Shown: in pieces, positions 53,800 to 64,000 of the stretch
How the letters are laid out: each line of letters starts with the position of its first letter
Position numbering within the stretch: the stretch's first letter is position 1
Origin: Vicinamibacterales bacterium
GTDB taxonomy: Bacteria > Acidobacteriota > Vicinamibacteria > Vicinamibacterales > UBA8438
NCBI GenBank assembly: GCA_965200895.1
Contig: CBDAVM010000001.1
Span: 2,066,287-2,130,286 of the forward strand
Direction of reading: 5' to 3'
DNA: 64,000 nucleotides
The notes under the pieces: generated by a model
The model's input: the letters and a program-made list of their open reading frames with translations, nothing else
The model's database searches: none
What the model was told of the DNA's origin: nothing
Program-made: the position numbers and the translations under genes

Positions 53800-54780
53800 C
53801 TACTGGCCGGCCACACTCCCGCCGCGCGCTTCGTCCTGAATCTCCTGGGCACGATCCCGCAGCTCGTCGGCCTCGGCGATGAGCTCGTCCTGCTCGTCCT
53901 GATCGTCGCTCATGTTGGCCTGCATCCGCAGGAGGATGTTCTTGTACACCAGCGCGTCGACGTAGCGGTCGTTCAGGGCGATGGCCTGATCGGCCGCCTC
54001 GATGCCGGCCAGCACGTACTCCTCCTTCTCATCCTGGGTGATCCGAAAATCGCGGAACGCCTTCTCCCAGTAGAAGGTGGAGATGGTGTAGAACGCCTCC
54101 GGGTTGTCCGGCTCGATAGCCGCACGCTGCCGCAACGCGTCGATGGTCTGCTCGAAATCGCCGGCGCGGTTGTAGAAGCCGGCAAGCTGCAGGTAGACGG
54201 TCGGATCGTCGGCCAGCATGTCGCGAACCTCGAGATAGATTGCTTCGGCATCCTGGAACAGGCCGGATTCTTCGAAGAGCTGCGCCAGCACGAAGTAGTT
54301 GTCCGGGTTGCCGGGATCGAGCTCGATCATTTCCTGCAGCAGCATCGCGCGGTTGGTCGGGTCGTTCAGCTTGTCCGGCCCGTAGGCGGCCACGAGGTAC
54401 TGCATCGACAGCGTCTTGAACTCGCGGGTCGGAATGCGGTCGGCAGCCAGCCGGTAGTATTCCACCGCGTTGTCGAGCAGCGCGTCGTTCTCCGGCTGCC
54501 CCTGGAACGCCGGCGTGTACAGGTTGTCGTAGCAGTTGGCGATGTAGAAGTACGCGACGCTCATCGCCATCGAGAGCTCCGAGGCGGGATCCTCGTTGAT
54601 CACGTCCACCACGTGCTGGTACTCCTCGATCGCGGCCTCGTAGTCACCGCGGCCGTACAGAAGATTGGCTTCCTTGAACGTGCGCATGGCGCCGAGCTGG
54701 TTGAAGAAGCCGCACGAGACCAACGGCATCACCATCGCGGCAACGAGGGTCACTCTCAACAAGATCCGTCCCGTCTGCAT
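53800..54780 (-). CDS. TPR-repeat lipoprotein
   Basis: Last 326 codons of ORF 53800..57192, from ATG 54780. It has lipobox LVSCG, TPR-like units (YGRGDYEAAIEEY, YFVLAQLFEESGLFQDA, YLQLAGFYNRAGDFEQ) and an acidic tail. The remainder of the long ORF is antisense shadow of rel. Confidence 0.75.
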   Translation of the reverse strand: MQTGRILLRVTLVAAMVMPLVSCGFFNQLGAMRTFKEANLLYGRGDYEAAIEEYQHVVDVINEDPASELSMAMSVAYFYIANCYDNLYTPAFQGQPENDALLDNAVEYYRLAADRIPTREFKTLSMQYLVAAYGPDKLNDPTNRAMLLQEMIELDPGNPDNYFVLAQLFEESGLFQDAEAIYLEVRDMLADDPTVYLQLAGFYNRAGDFEQTIDALRQRAAIEPDNPEAFYTISTFYWEKAFRDFRITQDEKEEYVLAGIEAADQAIALNDRYVDALVYKNILLRMQANMSDDQDEQDELIAEADELRDRAQEIQDEARGGSVAGQ

Positions 54781-54942
54781 GGTCCTCTCCCTCATGAGCC
54801 TGTCAGATTTCCGCCCCGCAGCCACTCGGCCGCATCGTCCGTTCGGATCGCACCGCACCGCCGAGCGCGAGCAGCCTGCGCCCCCGAAACGAGCCGCTAT
54901 AGTGAAGCAAATGGAATAGCAAGTCAACCGCTGCGGAGCTTC

Positions 54943-54971
54943 TTGACCCTTCCCGCGCAGGGCCGTATCGT
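54943..54971 (+). promoter_or_regulatory. possible sigma70-type promoter for rel
   Basis: TTGACC (54943-54948), a 17-nt spacer, then TATCGT (54966-54971), 22 nt before ATG 54994. Confidence 0.3.
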
Positions 54972-54993
54972 CCTCTGCAGGACGCCGGTTTCC

Positions 54994-57156
54994 ATGGTCA
55001 GCTTCGAGAATCTGCTGGGCGCGATCCGCGCGTACAATCCGGAGACCGACGCGGATCTGCTGCATCGGGCCTACGAGTTCTCCGCCCTTGAGCACGCGGG
55101 CCAGACCCGACGATCCGGCGAGCAGTACATCACGCATCCGCTGGAAGTCGCGCGCCTCGCCGCCGAGATGCATCTCGACGACGTGACGATCGTCGCGAGC
55201 CTGCTGCACGACGTGGTGGAGGACACGCTGACGACGATTGACAACGTACGGACCCTTTTCGGGTCCGAGGTTGCCCATGTGGTGGAGGGCGTCACGAAGA
55301 TCAGCACGATCCCGTTCTCGTCGAACGAGGAGCGGCAGGCGGAGAACTTCCGCAAGATGTTGCTGGCGATGGTCGACGACGTGCGCGTCATCCTCGTCAA
55401 GCTGGCCGATCGCCTGCACAACATGCGCACCCTCGGGCACCTCGGGGAGGGCCGACGCCTGAAGATCGCACAGGAGACGATCGACATCTACGCGCCGATA
55501 GCGCATCGCCTGGGGATGAACAAGGTCAAGCACGAGCTCGAGGACCTTGCGCTCCGCCACCTCGATCCTCCCGGGTACGAGTCGCTCCGGACGCGGGTCG
55601 ACGAACGGCGCCGGGCGACCGAACGGACGGTGGACAGGCTCAGGCGCACGCTTGCGGAGAAGCTGCGCGCCGCCGGGGTCCCGATCATCGCCCTGGAAGG
55701 CCGGATCAAGAGCATCTTCAGCATCTGGAAGAAGATCAGGCGGCAGCGGATCTCCCTGGACGAGGTCTACGATCTCATCGCGGTCCGGGTGATCACGGAG
55801 TCGGTCCGGGACTGTTACGCCGCGCTCGGCATCATCCACCAGACCTGGGCCCCGGTGCACGGCCGGTTCAAGGACTTCGTGGCCATGCCGCGTCCGAACG
55901 GCTACCAGTCGCTGCACACGGCGGTCATCAGCGATCAGGGGCTTCCTTTCGAAGTGCAGGTCCGCACCGAGGAGATGCACCAGGTGGCCGAGGAGGGGAT
56001 TGCGGCGCACTGGAAGTACAAGGAGGGGCGGGTCGGCGCCGAGCCCGACGAGAAGTACTTCCTGTGGCTGCGGCAGCTTCTCGAATGGCAGCAGGAGGTG
56101 CCGGACCCGAAGGAGTTCATCCACAGCCTGAAGCTCGACCTCTATCCGGAGGAGGTCTACACGTTCACCCCGAAGGGAGAGGTCAAGGCCCTGCCCAGAG
56201 GCGCGACCCCGATCGACTTCGCGTACGCGATTCACACCGATGTCGGCCACACGTGTGCCGGAGCACGCGTCAACGGACGCATGGTGCCGCTGCGCACCCC
56301 GCTCCGGAGCGGCGATATCGTGGAGGTGGTCACCCGCGCCGGAAACCGTCCCAGCCGTGACTGGCTGAACCTGGTCGTCACCACGCGGGCGCGCAACAAG
56401 ATCCAGCATTTCATCCACGTCGAGGAGAAGCTGCGCGCCGTCGAGCTGGGACGCAAGCTCGTCGAAAAGGAGATTCGTCGTTTCGATCTCATGCCCCGGA
56501 CGGTGCTGGAGCCGGAGGCGGTCGTCAGGGTCTGCAGTACGTTCGGTGCGTCGAAGCCGGAGGATCTCTATGCATCCATAGGCTATGGCCGGGTCCCGGC
56601 GCGCGCCGTGTTCGACGCCCTGGTGCCGCGGGAGCAGCGCCGTCGGCAGAAGCCGGACAAGTCCATCGCGTCGGTCGTGCGCCGGGTGCTGCGCCCCAAC
56701 CAGGGGACGATCAAGGTGCGCGGGTTCGATGACCTCATGGTGTTCCGGGCCGGCTGCTGCAATCCGATTCGAGGGGAGAAGATCGTCGGCTACGTGACCC
56801 GCGGCAAGGGGGTCTCGGTGCACGCGGCGAGTTGTTCCAACGTGATGAACCTCATCTACGACCCGGAACGGCGGATCGACGTCGCCTGGGACAAGGCGAA
56901 CGGGGAGTCCGCGTTCACGGTGTGCCTCACCATTCAGGTGGAGGATCGCCGCGGCATGATTGCCGACGTGACATCGCGTCTGGCGGATCGGAAGATCAAC
57001 ATCCGCAAGGTCGAAGCGTCCGCCAGGGAGGACCAGCACGGCCACATAAACGTCACGTTCGACATCAGCGACATGCACCACCTGCAACGCGTCATCAAGG
57101 TCGTGCGGGGAGTCGTCGGCGTGCTGGACGTCGAGCGCGTTCACCGCAAGCGGTGA
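54994..57156 (+). CDS. rel: bifunctional (p)ppGpp synthetase/hydrolase, RelA/SpoT homolog
   Basis: ATG 54994 in ORF 53245..57156. It has an HD hydrolase domain (HPLEVA...LLHDVVEDT), a synthetase domain (DLIAVRVI...PNGYQSLHT...EVQVRT), a TGS domain (VYTFTPKGEV) and a C-terminal ACT-like domain. Confidence 0.95.
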   Translation: MVSFENLLGAIRAYNPETDADLLHRAYEFSALEHAGQTRRSGEQYITHPLEVARLAAEMHLDDVTIVASLLHDVVEDTLTTIDNVRTLFGSEVAHVVEGVTKISTIPFSSNEERQAENFRKMLLAMVDDVRVILVKLADRLHNMRTLGHLGEGRRLKIAQETIDIYAPIAHRLGMNKVKHELEDLALRHLDPPGYESLRTRVDERRRATERTVDRLRRTLAEKLRAAGVPIIALEGRIKSIFSIWKKIRRQRISLDEVYDLIAVRVITESVRDCYAALGIIHQTWAPVHGRFKDFVAMPRPNGYQSLHTAVISDQGLPFEVQVRTEEMHQVAEEGIAAHWKYKEGRVGAEPDEKYFLWLRQLLEWQQEVPDPKEFIHSLKLDLYPEEVYTFTPKGEVKALPRGATPIDFAYAIHTDVGHTCAGARVNGRMVPLRTPLRSGDIVEVVTRAGNRPSRDWLNLVVTTRARNKIQHFIHVEEKLRAVELGRKLVEKEIRRFDLMPRTVLEPEAVVRVCSTFGASKPEDLYASIGYGRVPARAVFDALVPREQRRRQKPDKSIASVVRRVLRPNQGTIKVRGFDDLMVFRAGCCNPIRGEKIVGYVTRGKGVSVHAASCSNVMNLIYDPERRIDVAWDKANGESAFTVCLTIQVEDRRGMIADVTSRLADRKINIRKVEASAREDQHGHINVTFDISDMHHLQRVIKVVRGVVGVLDVERVHRKR

Positions 57157-57208
57157 ACGCGTCGCAGCGGAACCGCGGGGGTCCCGGCGCATGGGACGTT
57201 CGCAGGAC

Positions 57209-57595
57209 TCAGTTCGCGAGCCGGACGATGGCGTCGATCTCGACCTGCGCGTCCCTGGGCAGGCGCGCCACCTCGACGGCGGCGCGGGCCGGTGCGGGAT
57301 CGGCGAACCAGGTGGCGTACACCCGATTCATCGCCACGAAGTCGTTCATGTCCGCGAGATAGACGGTCGTCTTGACGACGTCGTCGAGGGTCGCACCCGC
57401 CGCGCGAACGATCGCGTCGAGACTCCGGAGAACCCGGTTGGTCTGCACCGCCACATCGCCGCCGACGAGTTCGCCGGTCGCCGGGTCGAGCGGGATCTGG
57501 CCGGAGACGAAGAGCAGATCGCCCGACCGGACGGCTTGGGAGTAGGGGCCGATGGCCGGCGGTGCGCCGCTGGAGGTGACTGGAATCCGCGTCAC
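57209..57595 (-). CDS. ridA: RidA-family reactive enamine/imine deaminase
   Basis: Motifs APPAIGPYSQAV, LFVSGQIPLDP, KTTVYLADMNDF, ARAAVEVARLPRDAQVEID. Confidence 0.9.
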   Translation of the reverse strand: MTRIPVTSSGAPPAIGPYSQAVRSGDLLFVSGQIPLDPATGELVGGDVAVQTNRVLRSLDAIVRAAGATLDDVVKTTVYLADMNDFVAMNRVYATWFADPAPARAAVEVARLPRDAQVEIDAIVRLAN

Positions 57596-57607
57596 GTGAC
57601 GTCGGGT

Positions 57608-57799
57608 CTATGCGGCCTTCGTGATCCGGTTGGAGCGGATGCAGCGGGTGCAGACGCGGATGCGTTTGATCCTGCTGCCGACGACGGCGCGAACCGTCTG
57701 GATGTTGGCCTGGAACCGCCGGCGAGTCACGTTGTGGGCGTGACTGACGTTGCGCCCGACAGCCGGCCCCTTTCCGCACAATTCGCAGCGTTTCGCCAT
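57608..57799 (-). CDS. rpmB: 50S ribosomal protein L28
   Basis: 63 aa: MAKRCELCGKGPAVGRNVSHAHNVTRRRFQANIQ. Confidence 0.95.
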   Translation of the reverse strand: MAKRCELCGKGPAVGRNVSHAHNVTRRRFQANIQTVRAVVGSRIKRIRVCTRCIRSNRITKAA

Positions 57800-57835
57800 C
57801 TTGTCGAGAAATCCCTCCGCGCGTGTGAACGCCTG

Positions 57836-57844
57836 ATTATATCA
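57836..57844 (-). promoter_or_regulatory. possible extended -10 promoter (TGATATAAT) for rpmB-ridA
   Basis: The minus strand reads TGATATAAT, about 37 nt upstream of ATG 57799. Confidence 0.4.
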
Positions 57845-57852
57845 TCGCGACG

Positions 57853-58527
57853 CTACGGAGGGAGGATCAATCCTGCAGCGGCCTGCCGACCCGCCGCCCT
57901 CGCATCCGGATCGAGGTCGGCGCCGGCGGCGGCGGCGGTCCGGACCCGCCTGAGCAGCGACAGGTAGGCGCGCTCGTCCGGCTCTTCGCTCAGGGCCCGC
58001 CGCGCCTCCCGAGCGCCCGCCTCGATCCGCCGCAGAACCCCGGCCGCAGCATGGTCCGACAGGCGCACGCCGTCGCCGCCGGCCGCTTCGATGAGTTGCT
58101 TCATCTCGCCGGCCAGCCGCTGCGCCGCGGCGGTCTCGGCCGGATGCTCGTACACGATGCCGCGGCTTGCCGTCTCGCAGGTCTGTCCCAGGGCGAGCGC
58201 GGCCTGTTCCACGTCGGCATCCACGAGCCCCGGAGCGTCCGGCCGGTCGCGGGCGAGATACTCGAACAGCATCGACGCCAACCGCTGCTGCGGTTCGGTC
58301 AGGCCGTGCAGCAGCGCGGCGAGGAACCCCGTATCCCGCTCCCGCCGGCGTTGCACGACGGCCGGGGGATGGGCCGTCGCCGACTCCAGGTACACGCAAT
58401 CCGGCGGACAGGCGATCTGCGTCCGTCGCTTCGCGCCGCAGCAGGCGGAGCAGATCGACTCTCCGAGGGCAGGGCAGGAGCGGCGCCCGCGACGGCGCGT
58501 GCAGAGTGGACAGGCAGGTTTCGCCAT
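57853..58527 (-). CDS. hypothetical protein with N-terminal 8-Cys (zinc-ribbon-like) module
   Basis: 224-aa ORF beginning MAKPACPLCTRRRGRRSCPALGESICSACCGAKRRTQIACPPDCVYL, followed by a helical-looking Ala/Arg/Glu-rich body. I recognise no family. Confidence 0.55.
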   Translation of the reverse strand: MAKPACPLCTRRRGRRSCPALGESICSACCGAKRRTQIACPPDCVYLESATAHPPAVVQRRRERDTGFLAALLHGLTEPQQRLASMLFEYLARDRPDAPGLVDADVEQAALALGQTCETASRGIVYEHPAETAAAQRLAGEMKQLIEAAGGDGVRLSDHAAAGVLRRIEAGAREARRALSEEPDERAYLSLLRRVRTAAAAGADLDPDARAAGRQAAAGLILPP

Positions 58528-59000
58528 GACCGGTATGCCGGCGCCTCAGCTTGGCACAGCCGGCAGCACCGGTCAACGGCGGTGGCCGCGGCCGGGAGTC
58601 GACGCCGCGGAACGGGGGGACTCCCGGAGAGGTGCGGCGGGCGGAGGACGGAGCCGCACCGGCGACGATTTCCCGGCCGCCCCCGGTCGGGTCTGCAGTG
58701 GACGCCTGTCCACAAAAGAGGGCAGGCGTTGGAGACATGGAAACCGAAGGCGGACTTTCATCGTCTAAGTGAGTGTGACCGCGCCGATTGGCAGGCTGTC
58801 GACGGCTGGTCGACACGCGCGCGAAACCGGCGGATCGGGCAGGTGTCGAGGGCTGTTGCCTCGCTTCCCTGGGCCCCTCTGTCGAGGCGGACGCGACACG
58901 GTTCTCGCCGGCGACGGACTGGGATTCCTCTGCGGAGCCCGTGGCCCGGCGGATATCGGCACGTAGTTTGCTTTGAACCATGACGGAAGGAGCCGTCATC

Positions 59001-59447
59001 ATGAGTACGAAGACGAAGCATCGGATGGACAAGGCCCGCTACGATGAGCTCGCGTGCATTCTCGAGGCGCGACGCCTCGAGATCATCGGCGAAGTTCAGC
59101 ACAAGATGCGGGACGTACGGACGGAGGGCGCGGCGGCGCCGCTGCACGATGTCCGCGACGACGCCGAGCATTCCGAAGCCGACATCCAGGACGACATCGA
59201 GTTCGCCCTGCTGCAGATGAAGGCGGAGACCCTGGACAAGATCGCCGAGGCGCTGGCCCGGCTCGACCAGGGGACGTTCGGCTACTGTTACGAGTGCGGC
59301 AAGGAGATATCGAGCCGTCGGCTGCGGGCGTTGCCGTTCGCCGTGCGCTGCACCGACTGCGAGGCGACCCGGGAGGTCGAGCTGGAGCGCGAGGTGCATG
59401 TCACGCGGCGGGGAGCGGTATCATTGTTTGCCGATCTCGCAGGTTGA
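59001..59447 (+). CDS. dksA: DksA/TraR-family C4 zinc-finger transcription factor
   Basis: ATG 59001 lies 7 nt after AAGGAG (ORF 58980..59447). It has a coiled-coil with acidic tip residues (DDAEHSEADIQDD) and a C4 finger CYECGKEIS...RCTDC. Confidence 0.8.
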   Translation: MSTKTKHRMDKARYDELACILEARRLEIIGEVQHKMRDVRTEGAAAPLHDVRDDAEHSEADIQDDIEFALLQMKAETLDKIAEALARLDQGTFGYCYECGKEISSRRLRALPFAVRCTDCEATREVELEREVHVTRRGAVSLFADLAG

Positions 59448-59494
59448 CGTTCATCCCACGTGCCTTGTCAGAGCGTTCTGGCGGCAGGCGCAGC

Positions 59495-61942
<2,448 letters not shown>

Positions 61943-62066
61943 CCCGAAAGCGGCACGCCGGGCATCAGCGGGCGGATCGCAGCGTTCGGAATCCGTTCTT
62001 CGAGCTTCGGTGGCACCTGGAAGCGCCCACGGGCCGCCTCGCCGTGCGGAACGACGATCGCCGCCG

Positions 62067-62591
62067 CTACACCAGTTCCAGGCCCAGCGCCGTCTTCATG
62101 TCGGCCACCGGGCTTTCGGCCACCAGCTTCCGCGCCGCGTCCAGGGTGAAGACCTTCGGTTCGAGCACCTCGTCCGCATCGAGCGCGAGGTCGGACGCTG
62201 CGGTGAGCCCCGTCAGGCGGTAGAAGATCATCACCTCGTCGCAGTAGCCGGGGCTCGGGTGGAAGGCGCCGATGCGCTCGACGTTCTCGGGCGTCCAGCC
62301 GGTTTCCTCCGCGCATTCCCGTCGCGCTGCCGCTGCCGGGTCCTCGCCGGGCTCGACGTTGCCCGCGGGCAGCTCCCAGATCCAGCGGTCGACGGCGTAG
62401 CGGTACTGCCGCACGAGAATCACCCGCCCGGGGGCGGGCATCGGCAGGAGGATCGCCGACGCCGGGTGCCTGACGACGTCCATCGTCGCCTCGCGGCCGT
62501 GCGGCAGCCGGACGCGGTCCTGATGGGTCGTGAACACCCGCCCCCGGTGGACGGCGCGGCTGTGGAGGGTGACGGCGGCGCGTTCCTTCAC
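62067..62591 (-). CDS. NUDIX hydrolase (ADP-ribose pyrophosphatase-like)
   Basis: GTG 62591 follows GGAGGA and overlaps the rluD stop (GTGA). The Nudix box is LPAGNVEPGEDPAAAARRECAEETG. Confidence 0.85.
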   Translation of the reverse strand: MKERAAVTLHSRAVHRGRVFTTHQDRVRLPHGREATMDVVRHPASAILLPMPAPGRVILVRQYRYAVDRWIWELPAGNVEPGEDPAAAARRECAEETGWTPENVERIGAFHPSPGYCDEVMIFYRLTGLTAASDLALDADEVLEPKVFTLDAARKLVAESPVADMKTALGLELV

Positions 62592-63622
62592 GTGGTTTCC
62601 TCCGGTTCCGACGAGAGTGCAACCCGGTGATGTCCTCCGGCCGCCCGCCGGCGGGTGACGGTCCGAATCGCATCGGCAAGGTCCTGGAGATCGTCGGGCA
62701 ACGGGCACGCGACCTGCACGCGCCGGCCGTCCCGGGGGTGTGCGAACGCCAGGCGCGCGGCGTGGAGAAAGGGGCGCTCCAGCCGCTGTACGACACGCAG
62801 GTGCGCTGGCGGGTGCCGGCGCCGCCCGCCGTAGAGGGAGTCGCCGACCACGGGGTGTCCGATCGCGCTCAGGTGGACGCGAATCTGGTGCGTGCGTCCG
62901 GTCGAGATCGCCACGCGGACCAGGGTGACGCCGTCCAGGGGTTCGGCCGTCACGACCCGCGTGACCGCCTCGCGCGCCCGCCGCGAACGGATCGAGATGC
63001 GCTTCCGGTCGACGGGGTCGCGGCCGATCGGCAGGTCGATGCGGCGTCCCTGCCGCACCAGGCCCCAGACCAGGGCGACGTATTCCTTCTCCACCTCGCG
63101 ATCGGCGAACTGTCGGGCGAGCGCCGCGTGCGCCGCGTCGTGCTTGGCCACCACCAGCAGGCCGGACGTGCCGCGGTCGAGGCGGTGCACGATGCCGGGG
63201 CGCAGCTCCCCGCCGATGCCGCTCAGGTCGTGGACGTGATGCAGCAGCGCGTTGACGAGCGTCCCGTCCGCGTGACCCGCGGCCGGATGCACGACCATGC
63301 CGGCGGGCTTGTTGACGACGACGAGGTCCGCGTCGTCGTGGGCGACTTCGAGGGGCAGGGCCTCGGGGCGCGGCGTCGCCGGAGCGGGGGCCGGGATGTC
63401 GACGCGCACCACGTCGCCGGCGCGAACGGCGATGCCCGCCCGTGCCGCGGTGCGGTCCAGTGCGACCTGTCCCTCCCGGATCAGCCTCTGAATCTGCGAT
63501 CGCGTGCGGTCTCCCAGGTGCGCCGCCAGAAACCGATCGAGTCGCGTGCCGGCGTCGTCCGGCTGCACGTCGAGATCGACGTGCCCGGGCGGTGCCGGCT
63601 CGCCGCTGTCGCGGGTGGCCAT
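62588..63622 (-). CDS. rluD: RluA-family 23S rRNA pseudouridine synthase (RluD-like)
   Basis: ATG 63622 in ORF 62588..63880. It has an S4 domain (RLDRFLA...SRSQIQRLI), VVNKPAGMVVHP, HRLDRGTSGLLVVAK (catalytic Asp) and GRTHQIRVH. Confidence 0.9.
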   Translation of the reverse strand: MATRDSGEPAPPGHVDLDVQPDDAGTRLDRFLAAHLGDRTRSQIQRLIREGQVALDRTAARAGIAVRAGDVVRVDIPAPAPATPRPEALPLEVAHDDADLVVVNKPAGMVVHPAAGHADGTLVNALLHHVHDLSGIGGELRPGIVHRLDRGTSGLLVVAKHDAAHAALARQFADREVEKEYVALVWGLVRQGRRIDLPIGRDPVDRKRISIRSRRAREAVTRVVTAEPLDGVTLVRVAISTGRTHQIRVHLSAIGHPVVGDSLYGGRRRHPPAHLRVVQRLERPFLHAARLAFAHPRDGRRVQVACPLPDDLQDLADAIRTVTRRRAAGGHHRVALSSEPEETT

Positions 63623-63648
63623 GTTCGATGCCGGGCCGCCGACGCAAA

Positions 63649-64000
63649 TCAGGCGCGAGCGCGCGCCGGCAACGGTTGTTGCGGCGACCCGCCACCGCGC
63701 GCCAGCAGGACGAGCATGACGATGCTCAACGGCACCAGCAGCGCCGAGACGAACTGCGAGGTCGACAGAACGTCGAAGACGGCGCCGCGGGGATCGCCGC
63801 GGAAGAACTCGATGACGAAGCGCACCGTCGGGTACAGCAGCAGATAGGTCCAGAACGTTCTGCCCGGGAACGGACGCCACCGGCGCTCGAGCGCCAGCAG
63901 GGCGCCGAGGATGGCGAGTGCCGCGACCGATTCGTAGAGCTGCGTCGGGTGCAGGCTGACGTCGAGCGGCGTCCCGACGTTGGATGCGGCCAGCGGACTG
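63649..64000 (-). CDS. lgt: prolipoprotein diacylglyceryl transferase, C-terminal part (5' end outside window)
   Basis: My own minus-strand translation to the window edge reads ...HPTQLYESVAALAILGALLAL...FWTYLLLYPTVRFVIEFFRGDPRG...STSQFVS..., ending at TGA 63649-63651. Confidence 0.75.
   Translation of the reverse strand, partial: SPLAASNVGTPLDVSLHPTQLYESVAALAILGALLALERRWRPFPGRTFWTYLLLYPTVRFVIEFFRGDPRGAVFDVLSTSQFVSALLVPLSIVMLVLLARGGGSPQQPLPARARA

Noticed and set aside
53268-53800. Possible tmRNA, RNase P RNA, SRP RNA or tRNA in the long convergent gap.
   Set aside because: By eye there is no GGGGC...TCCACCA acceptor pairing or tag-peptide ORF, no GAGGAAAGTCCGG / ACAGAACCCGGCTTA P4 strands, no GGTCCGGAAGGAAGCAGC SRP motif and no GGTTCGAATCC T-arm. 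A covariance scan is still needed, so the region is kept only as an unexplained gap.
58551-58566. Sigma54-like TGGCAC upstream of dksA, and TGGCAC motifs on the minus strand of the 6.8-kb repeats.
   Set aside because: None has the TTGC element at the required 5-nt spacing. The 6.8-kb copies point away from any gene start.

Overview
This is a very GC-rich bacterial chromosomal window (GC not computed) with about 55 protein-coding genes. I recognised no rRNA, tRNA or CRISPR array. Several families point to an Acidobacteriota-like organism: acidobacterial-type VWFA proteins, CarboxypepD_reg domains, a PEP-CTERM tail and DUF1552. That placement is inference only.

The window has two parts.

(1) About 2.8-18.8 kb looks accessory and partly decayed.
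- Two tandem secreted VWA paralogs.
- A CarboxypepD_reg / CxxCH cytochrome c / 7-blade propeller protein.
- A secreted ankyrin-repeat protein abutting a 5'-truncated DUF1552 gene.
- An orphan PEP-CTERM tail.
- A co-directional envelope block: a secreted caspase-like C14 protease fused to ankyrin repeats, a PEGA+PKD protein (apparent frameshift), an OmpA-like protein, a TolC-like protein (apparent frameshift), a HlyD adaptor, and a MacB/FtsX permease with no ATPase.
- Dead IS3 and Rpn-like remnants at the right edge.

(2) About 18.9-64 kb is conserved housekeeping: lepA-lepB, yggS, dinG-like, glyA, rpiB, rlmI, thiC, htpX, lptD, folC, ddl, tgt-yajC-secDF, uppP, hppA, tonB-exbB-exbD-exbD, rel, rpmB, ridA, dksA-like, lon, rluD, lgt.

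The best candidate for something undescribed is the caspase-ankyrin envelope module at 9.2-17.5 kb.

Other notable signals:
- A two-copy ~150-bp palindromic MITE-like or structured element at 18.65 kb and 36.98 kb.
- An in-frame 3 x 105-bp tandem triplication of the lepA 3' end.
- A deletion scar at 8.9 kb.
- A ~440-bp non-coding gap bracketed by two terminators at 53.3-53.7 kb.

All calls rest on reading the supplied translations and the sequence by eye. No searches were run.
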